From positions 26,650,872-26,691,049 of the forward strand of contig NC_068996.1 in assembly GCF_001194135.2 (NCBI RefSeq): 40,178 nucleotides of DNA, in the 5' to 3' direction. The notes under the pieces are model-generated. The model saw nothing but the letters and a program-made list of their open reading frames with translations. It was not told where the DNA came from and searched no databases. The position numbers were made by a program, and so were the translations under genes. This stretch comes from Octopus bimaculoides. Taxonomy: Eukaryota. Shown in pieces: positions 1 to 10,660 of this stretch (its first letter is position 1; each line of letters starts with the position of its first letter).

Positions 1-328
1 TGAGCGTGGCCGTTGCCAGTACCACCTGACTAGCTCCCGTAGGATTTTCGAGCGAGATCGTTGCCAGTGCCCCTGGACTGGCTTGTGCCGGTGGCACATA
101 AAAGACACCATTTCGAGCGTGGCCGTTTTCGTGCGGGTGACACGTAAAAGCACCCACTACACTCTCTGAGTGGTTGGCGTTAGGAAGGGCATCCAGCTGT
201 AGAAACTCTGCCAAATCAGACTGGAGCCTGGTGTTGCCATCCGATTTCACCAGTCCTCAGTCAAATCGTCCAACCCATGCTAGCATGGAAAGCGGACGTT
301 AAACGATGATGATGATGATGATGATGAT
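1..328 (+). mobile_element. RTE-type 3' UTR / RTE-tailed SINE copy with (GAT)n tail, truncated by the window start
   Basis: Contains actacactctctgagtggttggcgttaggaagggcatccagctgtagaaac...ggacgttaaac followed by (GAT)8. Near-identical to 23649-23810 and to the reverse complement of 15235-15351. Internal duplications of gagcgtggccgtt/ttgccagt. Confidence 0.85.
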
Positions 329-522
329 ATATATATATTTCAACACATAAATACTAAACAGTATATATCAAGGATAAAATCCTTTATATATACTGTTCAG
401 TATTTACGCATTGAAAAAATTTTATCTTTCTACTCATTCTACAATACATTCCAATGCTTCAAAAACAAACTTGTTTGTTTACATATGACGTTATACACAC
501 ACACACATATATATATCATTAG

Positions 523-1915
523 CATCATCATCATCATTTAACATCCATTTTCCATGTTGGCATGGTTTGACAGGAGCTGGTAAGGCCAGAGGCTGTACCA
601 GGTTCCATTGTCTGTTCTGGCATGGTTCCTTTGGCTGGATGTTCTTCCTAATGCCAACCACTTCACAGAGTGTTTACTGGGTGCTTTTTATGTGACACCA
701 GTATGAGTGCTTTTAACATGGCACTAGCACTTGTGCTTCTTAAGTGGTACCAGCACCAGAATCAATTCTGCTTTGGTGGACAGCTCATTTTGAGAATAGC
801 AGGGCTCCAGACATCTCAGTCCTTTGCCATCTCCTTCACAAGGCTCAGTGTCTTGAGATTGGCCTGCAGTACTTTGTCCCATGTCTTCCCCTTCAACTGA
901 TCGACACTTCTGTATACAACTGCCCTCATCCATACACATAACATGACCAAACCAGTGTAGTCTGCTCTCTTGCACACTGCATCTATTTTCTCTTAAGCCT
1001 AACTTTTCCCTCAATGCATTATGATTTTGTTGCACATGTACGCTGATGTTGCACATCCAGCAGAGCATACTAGCTTCATTCCTCTCTAGTCTTCGCATGT
1101 CCTCTACATTCAAGCCCCAATATCTCACCACCATATAGAATTGCTGTTCGTAAACATGCACCATACAACCTTCCATTCACTCAGAGATCGAGAACTTTGG
1201 TTGCCAACAGAGGCAAAAGCACTTTGAATGTTCTCCATCCTATTCTTATTCTAGTGATTACACTTTCTGTACATCCTCCTCCACTACTAACTAGGTCACC
1301 TAGGTAGCAGAAATTATCCACTGCCTATAAAGAACTTCCGCAACATTTGAGAAAATCAATTTCCCAAGTAGTTTTTATGGCTCCTGTGCATCTTCCACAT
1401 ACAAACACTACACTCACTGATAACCCTATTATTCCATTGCACCTCTTGTGTATCCATAGCTTGCATTGGGTACACCAAATGGAATTACTGCCTACACCTT
1501 TCCTACATATCAAGCAGAGCCATTTATCTAATGAGGGAAGGGTCCTGTCCATTTTCTTGCTTACTAGATCCCTAGTCTTTGCTAAGTTAACCTCAAGGTC
1601 CTTTGATTCCAAGTTTTACTTCCACACCTGGAATTTTTATTCCTAGTTCTGTTAAAGAATCAATATGAGAGCTATATAGCAGTTCCTGCGGGTAGCCAGT
1701 CTTGAATTTCTGTTATGTCGTGGAGGACTATGATGAATAGGAGGAGACTGAGAACCAAACTCTGAGGAATGCTTACCTGCACACTAAATTCATACTTATA
1801 TTCATGGTTAACTGTCACCTTACCAACAGAATCTCTGTACATAACCTGTACAGCTTTCGGAAGCCACTCATCTGCCCCTAGCTTCCTCAGAGCCTACCAT
1901 ATCACACAGTGGGGT
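523..1915 (-). mobile_element. Decayed RTE-clade non-LTR retrotransposon: RT 3' half, Cys/His finger, C-terminal region, 3' UTR and (GAT)n tail
   Basis: Minus-strand translation across frameshifts gives RTE ORF2 motifs: ALRKLGADEW, VQVMYRD, VLSPLLFIIVL, LEVNLAKT, VDNFCYLGD...SGGGC...RIRIGW, RLERNEASMLCWMC, RLHWFGHVM. Stops and frameshifts are present and the YADD-type catalytic motif appears deleted near 1670-1685. The ORF runs directly into the (GAT)n-tailed 3' UTR at 523-735. Confidence 0.9.
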
Positions 1916-1922
1916 ACACACA

Positions 1923-2110
1923 CATCATCATCAGCAGCTGCTTTCTATGCTGGTATGGGTTGGATGGCTTAACAGAATCTTGGATTGGAGGATAACTTTT
2001 TCTTCTAATGTCTCAGTTTTGGTATGCACTTTATGGCAAAATGCCCTTTCTAACACCAACCAGTTTGCAATGGATTCTGTATGATTTTTCTTAGTATCAG
2101 CATTACAAAG
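1923..2110 (-). mobile_element. Diverged copy of the (GAT)n-tailed repeat nested in the RTE element
   Basis: catcatcatc...gctttctatgctggtatgggttggatgg and atgccctttctaacaccaacc match the reverse complement of the family tail. The far boundary is approximate. Confidence 0.6.
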
Positions 2111-2499
2111 TTGTCTTGACAAGGGAAAGACTAAACATTTCTCTTAATCCTGTGTTACCCCAATTCGATTTAGCAATCACTTTACAGAGTGTATTGAGCG
2201 TTTTTTGATGGCTCCTTGTATCTGATGTCACCTTGTAACTAAAGAGAGAGCTCCTGTGACTGAGAGAAAGAGAATAAGAGAGCAAGTGATGAATTTAGGT
2301 GAGGTGTGGAGAAGTTAAAGTGTGATGGGAGGAAAAGGTTTATTGCTGTCACAGTTAGTGAGGAGAGTAATAGAAACATTGCTAGAGAAGGGGAAAGGGA
2401 AGGAGTAATGTCAGGAGTTAGCAAGAGTGATTCAGGAGATAATAGGGTGGGCTGAATAGAAAGAGATTTAGAGCTATTTTGCAGTGTATATGGGTGGGT

Positions 2500-2960
2500 A
2501 GGTGGAGTTTGGGGAGTCTTCCCTGCCTTCACATTCTTAATTGTTGTATCTATCATACAGCTGTCTACTGGAATGGCCAGTCTCTTCGTTGGGTTTATAA
2601 TGTGTAGACCTCTCTCTCTGCCTTGCAATTCCCAGTCTGTTATAGCAGCACTTCCATGCCTTTTTCATTTCAGAATTACTAAGTGCAAGTGTACCATTAT
2701 TCATGTCTACATACATAATGTAGAATATTGACAAAGCTCCTATTTCTGGTTTTCCCCCTCGCTATGTATAACTGATGTCTAACTTCTCATAAAGTTTCTT
2801 TGCTCTTTTCCTCTTTCCAAGCCTATCGCTTTGCTTTTATGCCTCTGTTCCATCACCACATCACCTTCAGTTTGCCTGGCACCTTGCACCAGCTATAAGT
2901 TTGATCTGTAGCCTTCAGGTTTTCCTGTAGGAACATCTAGTTGTCTTTCATGCTATAAAT
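2500..2960 (-). mobile_element. Upstream (pre-RT) part of RTE ORF2, probably the same element as 523-1915
   Basis: Minus-strand translation gives W*WNRGIKAKR*AWK, GTLALSNSEMKKAWKCCYNRL and IPVDSCMIDTTIKNVKAGKTP, resembling the RTE linker ending in 'AIKxMKxGKAPG'. Same strand and correct order relative to the RT part. Confidence 0.7.
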
Positions 2961-3135
2961 TTTTATCTCTCCCTCATTTTGTCAAATGCTTCAGATTGGT
3001 TTAAAAAATTTTTTTTTTTTAAAGTTCTGGTTGTTTGATGGCTCTTTGAACTTTCCTATCTTCTTTTTTCAAACTGATTTGTGCCCCTGAGTCTATCTAG
3101 CTCTAGAATCTGAAATCATTAATTTTGTCACTAAC

Positions 3136-3232
<97 letters not shown>

Positions 3233-3245
3233 GCACACACACATG
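3136..3245. repeat. Compound (CA)n(TA)n microsatellite
   Basis: Directly visible, followed by a degenerate AT-rich tract to about 3400. Confidence 0.97.
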
Positions 3246-3978
3246 TACACAAACGCATACATGCATACACATATATAAATACAATATATACAAATATATT
3301 ATATAAAAATATATTTTATAAATATATATATTATGCATATACACCTATATAATATTTAGATTATACACAGTGTATATATATATTATTTATATATTTTATA
3401 TGTGTACGTACACACCCTCTTTTCTGATGTAGTCTTAATACAAGTCACTTAGTTACATGCGGTCATTTGTCACGTGACAAAAAAATGCTTTTCTTTTGGT
3501 GTTGTCGCTTGGTTATAATACAGATTGGTATATAGTCACCGACTGATCGACATCTCTCCGTCTAAGTTGAGTTAGTTACAAACCGGCCACGTGTCTGATA
3601 CCATATGTATTCATACCACGGCTGCCACACCGAGCAATGGTTCAGTAAGCAGAATACTTTAACATGGTCGTGCAGTCAGCTGATCTTCCACCCATGTTCA
3701 GGGGTTGGGGGAGGTAGAAAAACTGCTAAATGTTAAATGGGGTTCCTTTTAAGTCCATAAGTTTAAACGTAGACGATTTGTTGTGTCGCCTAGATGCTTG
3801 TTTTATCAAAAAGTTTTGTAAATGCTTATTTGTAAGTTTAAGAGAAAAAAATGAAAAAAAAAATGAACTCATGTGAGTGTTACTATGCACTAGTATGTGC
3901 ATAAGCACAAGTGTGTGCATGGGATGTCTATTTTATTTACTGCTAATTTGTTTTTAAGACTAACTTTCTAAAAGTATG

Positions 3979-4452
3979 NNNNNNNNNNNNNNNNNNNNNN
4001 NNNNNNNNNNNNNNNNNNNNNNNNNNNNNNNNNNNNNNNNNNNNNNNNNNNNNNNNNNNNNNNNNNNNNNNNNNNNNNNNNNNNNNNNNNNNNNNNNNNN
4101 NNNNNNNNNNNNNNNNNNNNNNNNNNNNNNNNNNNNNNNNNNNNNNNNNNNNNNNNNNNNNNNNNNNNNNNNNNNNNNNNNNNNNNNNNNNNNNNNNNNN
4201 NNNNNNNNNNNNNNNNNNNNNNNNNNNNNNNNNNNNNNNNNNNNNNNNNNNNNNNNNNNNNNNNNNNNNNNNNNNNNNNNNNNNNNNNNNNNNNNNNNNN
4301 NNNNNNNNNNNNNNNNNNNNNNNNNNNNNNNNNNNNNNNNNNNNNNNNNNNNNNNNNNNNNNNNNNNNNNNNNNNNNNNNNNNNNNNNNNNNNNNNNNNN
4401 NNNNNNNNNNNNNNNNNNNNNNNNNNNNNNNNNNNNNNNNNNNNNNNNNNNN
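3979..4452. other. Assembly gap (N run), followed by (AT)n(AC)n
   Basis: 474 N. Confidence 1.
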
Positions 4453-4498
<46 letters not shown>

Positions 4499-5922
4499 CT
4501 ATATATTATCTTTTTACTTTCATCGAACCATCATTACGTTGTTATATAAAATATTTTTATACTCTTAGATTGTTCTGTATATGTAGTAAAGGAAAATTCA
4601 TAAATATATTAACTATGCTGCATCTATTTTCGTAGAGTTGTATATAATTAAAAAAAGAAAAACATTATAACATGTATATAAAGAGCAAACTTATATTGAG
4701 TTTGTCAATGTTTTTATAGAAGTCGTTTTGTGTCTTGTTATTGTATTTTACTCAATTCCTCATATTGATGCTTTATGCTCATTCAGTGTTGCATTTATCA
4801 TTTTCCCTCTCTCTTTCTCTCGTTCTCTATAAATATTAACAAATGGTAATAATCGATACTGCATTTATACGTGTCCATTCGACCCTTTTAACGCCTGTAA
4901 AGCATCCTATTTGCGTATTAAGAATTGCGCTATGATATTTGATAATTTTTGCAAGATATAATGCCCTAAGTATATGTTTAAAAACAAATAAATATTGTAT
5001 TCCATATTAATGTTCTATGATATAATCCAGGTTTAATTGAAATCGCTATAAGATTTGTCCTACGTGCTACGCAGCTTGGACCAGCTGATTTCTCTTTTCT
5101 TTCTTTTTTTTTCCTCGTCTAATGAAATATACATAATGGTGCAGGGAAGGAATCATTCTGGATCACGTTATTCAGATGCGCAATATTTTAGTCTCATTTA
5201 TAAAGAAAAAGTTATTTATAATTATAAGACAATCGGTTAGGTATGAAATAAAATGTAGATTCGAGAAAATAATCTTGTCTGTTGCTTCTAAGACCCATCG
5301 TTTATGTGCATTTATCAAATGTATTAATTACTGGTAAAATGTAATAAAGATGAAAAGAAGAAAATCGTTCACCAGAAATTATACATATTATACATGAAAC
5401 TGTGTATTATATATGTAGCAAAAAAAAAATGTGTATTTTACGTTGTAATAATATTGTTGCATGTTCTTCGCACTTGAAAATTCATCAATCTGTGATAGGT
5501 GATTGAAACACGCTATAAGTGATTCATAAAACACTAAAGGTTATTATCTATCATCCATGTAAGTAGTGTGCAAAAATATAACATGTCCGATTTGTATTAT
5601 TTTTATAATAGTAGTAATTAGGTGTTCCTGAATTTGTGTCAATTTATGCTTGTACTTCGAACTACAAACACACTCGCTCTTTTTTCTTTTCTTGTTTTCT
5701 CTTTCGCACTTTGTTCCCCTCCCCACCCTTGTTTCTTTTCTTTTCTTTTTTTTTTTTACAAATACACTTGTGTTGTGTGTGCTTGTTGCTGTTTACATTA
5801 AATAATTGGGGGATGGGGGGATATGTCCGTAATTCTAGTTTTCTTAATAGGATTTTTGCAACGTGAATAAAATCAATGAAAGGAAAATTGCTGCTATCAA
5901 TTGTGATTGTGCGTTGTGGTGC

Positions 5923-6040
5923 AGGAGAGAGAGAGAGAGAGAAGGAGAGAAACAAGTTGAGAGAGGTAAGAGAGAGACAGAATGGGAGAAGAGAGACCAA
6001 GAGTGGGGAAAGAGAGAGAGAGAGACGAAAGATAGAGAGT
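5923..6040 (+). repeat. Degenerate (GA)n purine tract upstream of Nova exon 1
   Basis: Directly visible gagagaga array. It produces the ERERE stretch of track ORF 5876-6283. Confidence 0.9.
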
Positions 6041-6416
6041 AGTTTAACAGTGGGAGTGATTGATGCGAATTATTTGCCAAGCAGTCTTCTTTCTACTGCC
6101 ACTACAACACACTACAGTTATAACAGACATTCTCTGGATATATTATGGAGAGAGAGAGAAGTTGTAGATGATATTGTTGCACTTTGTTTGCCAACAAGTC
6201 CTAACTGCTTAACTACATTATACAATAAGAAAACACACACACATAGAGAAGCTCTGGAGATACACACATACATATATATATAAAATAATATTTATATATA
6301 TATATATACGTTTTTTTTTTTTTTCGTTTTCACCCTTTCTCTTACTCCCATGTTCACATTCAACTTGCTAACTTTCTAATATCGTCGACGGCTACTTGAA
6401 CTACCTACCTAACCAG

Positions 6417-6676
6417 GCTGGCTCAGCCCTATCACCATCGCCACCACCGCCATCATCATCATCATTATTGCTACAACCACCGCCGTCGCCGCCATCATCA
6501 TCATCATCATCATCATTCACTGTCTCACTCAGTCTCTCACTCACTCACATACACACTCTCACTCTCTCTCTCGGTCTCTTTCATTACCTCTACTCTCATT
6601 CCATTTCATAAGTGAACTATTCAATTAGTCTCGTGCTCGTGCCGTGGTACTCCGCGAGATCTGGGCTTAGCGAAAG
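6417..6676 (+). promoter_or_regulatory. Nova 5' UTR segment with (CAT)n/(CCA)n/(TCAC)n repeats forming a YCAY cluster
   Basis: No ATG in these 260 nt. In-frame TAG at 6668-6670 precedes the start codon. About 28 YCAY by hand count in 6432-6609. The left boundary is a candidate acceptor ctaaccag at 6415-6416. Confidence 0.6.
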
Positions 6677-6794
6677 ATGGCGATGAGTTTCGATGGCATG
6701 AATGGGTCAGATATGGACACATCCGACTCCCGAAAAAGACCCTCAGACGCCGAAAGTGATAGCGGGGTGACGAAGCGCTCAAACCAAGGCGGAG
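6677..6794 (+). CDS. Nova: Nova/pasilla first coding exon (MAMSFDGMNGSDMDTSDSRKRPSDAESDSGVTKRSNQGG-G), NLS-bearing
   Basis: Strong Kozak context aagATGG with an in-frame stop upstream. DSRKRP...TKR matches the vertebrate NOVA1 N-terminus (DSRKRPLE...TKRTNTG). Phase-1 donor GAG|gttaga at 6795 is compatible with the KH1 exon. Confidence 0.9.
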
Positions 6795-9700
6795 GTTAGA
6801 TACATTTTGAATATCCTTTTGGTTTTTTTCTTTTTTTTACCATTTTATTTTCTCCATTTTTATGTCTTTTTTTTCTTGCATCCTTCCGAAACGGCAATTT
6901 CTATTTCACTCATATCTCTCTCTCTCGGTCTCTCCACCTTCTACGTAATATATATATATATTCAGTTGACGACTATATATATATATATATATATGCATAT
7001 GCGTGTGTATGTATTTATGTGTGTGTGTGCCTCCTCAATTAGCATTATTCCTTCGTTTCAACTTGATTTTTTTTCTTTTTAAATCTATGGGTTTTCTTTT
7101 ATACGTTAGACTGGAAAACGCTATCGCTTGTCTTCTATCCCCCCTTTCATTCCGTTTCTTGCCTTTCTTTCTCTTCACCCCTCTCTCCACAGAACGTTCT
7201 CTATCAATCTATCCTCATTATAACATTTGGCATTCAAGTAAATCGTTATTGCTTACAATAATGACCACTTGTCCAAAGAAGTCGACCGACATGCAAGAAA
7301 TGGCAACCAAATCTTCCTCCTTATACTGCTGTCTGAATTACAATCAGAAAAAAAAGAGAGAAAAGGAGGGGGAGAACGTATTAGATAATGTAGTCCTAGT
7401 TACATCAGTACATAAATGATACACACACACACACACGCACACATAATGTTACACATGTATATTCTATATAAAATACGTACATTTTAAATATACTGGAAAT
7501 TGCATTTATTAAGATTAAAATATTGAGAAGTGTATATATATATATATATATACACACACATTCTATGCTTTTCACTGTCGCTATTCGGAGTTTCTTGCTA
7601 TACGTCCTTTCAGTTGACGACTAATATTAACTCCTTTTCCTATACGAATTTTATTCCCTTACATATCTCTATGTGTTATGTTTACACACACACACACACA
7701 CACACAGAGTATTGGTGTGTACTCCCACCATATTATATGTTTGAGACGGGATGGTCATGGTCGGTAGATCTTTTGAAACACATATTGAAAAGTCTTGATG
7801 GAGGAGGAGGGGGTGTTAATTATGTGAGTCGGTGAGGGGACTAAGCAACACCAACCACTTGTCCAAATAATTTGCGTGTCATACAATATACACACATATA
7901 TGTATATATGTGTGTGTGTGTCTATATATATAGAGATAGATAGATAAATAGATATGTATATATTATATACATATAGAGATATATATATCGAGTAAAAGTC
8001 GGCATCGGTTGAGAGGAAACCAACGATTGTTGGCAATATGGCCGACGCCACCATCAACTCCGACGACGTCGTTTACTGCTTTCACCAATGTTGTTGGCTG
8101 CTTAAACACTGCTGCTATATAAAACCTACTGCGTATAAGGCAGTATAAGATAGCAGCAAGGAGAATTTTAGTGTTTTTATTACTAATCATCTCCTTTCCT
8201 TTCTTTTTATATATATATATATTACATTATTTTTGATTTTGGTATATTTCCTACCTACCTCTCTCTATCTCTCTCACACATGAATAATTACTCTTGACTT
8301 TGCAAAAATACTCATTTTAACAATTTAATTTTTCTTACCCTTTTATTCACACCACCTTCTCATTCTTTTTCACCTTTGATATTGGAAATATCCCACTGGG
8401 TGTTTCTTTTTTTGTCGTTTTAGATTAGTTTCTTTCAGTGTTAATGAAAAATTAAGCCAACATAATGTGACGCTATTAACACATTGACGTGCATATTATG
8501 TGAATATGCGTATGTGTACACACACATACATATATATACATGTATGACACTACGGGCACATAAATGTAGATATATGATGTATATATATAATCACATCTAT
8601 ATGACAGTATTAATGCACAGTATGTGTGTATGTAATTCTGTGTATTTACATATGTATATCTAATATATATACAATCTAGTGGAATATTTCTAATTTTGAG
8701 TGCGTACATGTATATATAATAATTTCGATTTTTGATTTATGTACATACGCATGTAATTTCGATATGAAATTTTAATGTTTATACAAAATGTTTGTCGTAT
8801 GAATATTAAAATTTTATATAAAGTTAAAATTATGCATGTAGGTACAATTGTGCAATATTCATATACGTATTACTATATATTTGAAATATATCCAATATAT
8901 ATATACTTGTACAGTAAACGTTAAAGAATATTGGAATATCAAAAAAAAAAAAAAAGCGAAAAGAATGTATCTAAATGTCCTGTTATAAGTTAATTTTGTA
9001 AATTTTCATTATGAAAGAAGTGTGGTTGTCCTTCTTGGTATCCCGTACGGGACAGATAGAGATTAGTTTGTCATTCAAAAGTGTGTGTGTGTGTCATAGG
9101 ATGGTTGTTGGACCTTTTTGATAATTCTGACACAAGTAAAGCAATTCGTATTCTTGACTGGATTATTTAAAACCATTTGTTCTATATTTAAGATTTTGTT
9201 TTCTTTAATATCAATTAAATTTATATTTTCTGTGTGTGTATGTGTGTGTGTGAAATCCTTCAGATATATCAATGAACTAGATGGCTATGTTTTATGATCC
9301 TGAATTGACTTTTATATAACTACAGTCAATAGTTAAAAACCTCTCCATCTTTGCATTTTTATATCGGCTTGTGTGCCCCTCCCACCTTTACTCCAATCCC
9401 TTCCGAGATGTAATTGTTCATAGATCCACTCCACCCCCTAATTATTAAAGTTCTAAGCTATTAGTGCGTTCTCCCAATAAACCGAATACGTGTGTGCGCG
9501 CGCGCGTACGTGCACGTTCTCAATTCATTTTGAACAGTTCCTATAAATTAATTTCAGCTGTGAAATATAACGATCAAAAGAATAAAGGATATATATATAT
9601 ATATAAAATGCTTTTTTTTTTTAATGTAGAAGGGTTTTCAAATACAAAATATGCTCAGGAAAACGAAGGTTTATGATTTACTAAAGGAGAAAGTCGACAT

Positions 9701-9956
9701 TTTATCGAATTATAAATGTACGATGAACATGTATCGTTTTAGAGCCGATATTTTATGGCAATCTTTAGAAGATGGTATTTCAGCGACATGCAAGAGAAGA
9801 AAAGAAAGAAGAAAAAACCCCTCATTCTGATATCTCGTTCTGAATATTACGTATGACAGGCAGAACTATATATAGCAATGAATTCGGAGTACGCGATTCA
9901 GACAGCCTGAAGGTGGGAGCCGACATCACTTCGCATTGCGCAAAAAAAAAAAAAAA

Positions 9957-10020
9957 ATGACTCGACTCGACCTACATACTTCCGTCTATAATATTGAAGA
10001 CAACAACCTTTTCGATAGAT
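9957..10020 (+). CDS. Candidate alternative first exon of Nova (MTRLDLHTSVYNIEDNNLFDR-), no NLS
   Basis: aaaATG start, open to a phase-1 donor GAT|gtgagc (good intron side, weak exon side), in a CpG-rich region. No transcript evidence. Confidence 0.3.
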
Positions 10021-10486
10021 GTGAGCTAGCAAGTTTTCCTGCATGGAGAGGTATTATCTTGCCTTCTTCGGAGTTAGGAAATTTGAGGTTTATAATTTTA
10101 TTACATACACACTTAGTGATTTTAATGGGTTTCTTTTGATTATCATCCTCTTTAGTGCTGGTTGGATTGGATGGATAGCTAAACAGATAGCTAGGTAGAT
10201 AAATGATCGCAAATGTATGTAGGACTTGTGTGGCCACGTCGTAACAAGAGCAACACCCACTGACACAGCTAACGTGATGTCTAGCTATCACTTGTAGACA
10301 TTTCTTTGCTAATGCGGACACGTGTCAATTAATATCAAGTTTTCTTTTTAATAATTTTGTATTATATTTGGATGTTGAGACATTTTGCTCTCTACCTTCT
10401 TTAAGTCGAACTATATATATATATATTTAACCGATTGGTATTGTATTGCTGCTTCGTCTGTTGATCATGTCAGAACAAGTATAACG

Positions 10487-10532
10487 ATGGCTACGTATGG
10501 CACATCTGATATATCTACACCCGAACTACCAG
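10487..10532 (+). CDS. Candidate alternative first exon of Nova (MATYGTSDISTPELP-G), no NLS
   Basis: Strong Kozak context acgATGG, 15 codons plus 1 nt, and a phase-1 donor CAG|gtatct that matches downstream exons. Reverse CCAAT (attgg) at 10434-10438. Confidence 0.5.
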
Positions 10533-10578
10533 GTATCTGATATCTACCTCTCTACATCGCCCCTCCCTTATTTGTCTC

Positions 10579-10580
<2 letters not shown>

Positions 10581-10617
<37 letters not shown>

Positions 10618-10660
10618 TATATATATCCTATATATATCCTATATATATCCTATATATATA
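10581..10660. repeat. (TA)n followed by an 11-bp minisatellite (cctatatatat)x4 running into a gap
   Basis: Units start at 10616, 10627, 10638 and 10649. Confidence 0.95.

Noticed and set aside
3093-4635. Long track ORFs with YIYI/THTH runs or X runs
   Set aside because: Translations of (TA)n/(CA)n microsatellites and N gaps.
5876-6283. 135-aa ORF upstream of Nova (MKGKLLLSIVIV...ERERE)
   Set aside because: Driven by the GA repeat, has no recognisable domain, and is not in a spliceable phase with Nova exons that I could support.
6396-6611. Pro/Ser-rich ORF (SPSPPPPSSSS)
   Set aside because: A reading of the UTR trinucleotide repeats that starts at TTG and stops before the Nova ATG.
7261-7419. 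ATG-rich ORF with a KKKREKE basic patch as a possible alternative first exon
   Set aside because: The available GT sites are phase 0 and weak, so they are incompatible with the phase-1 downstream exons.
7737-7836. ORFs ending at the donor-like gtgagt (7824) and gtgagg (7832)
   Set aside because: The ATG-initiated frames give phase 0 or 2 junctions, or stop first.
9788-9856. MQEKKRKKKKP... NLS-like short ORF
   Set aside because: The basic run comes from an AAG-rich tract, and the donor tac|gtatga is phase 0, giving a stop in the KH1 exon.
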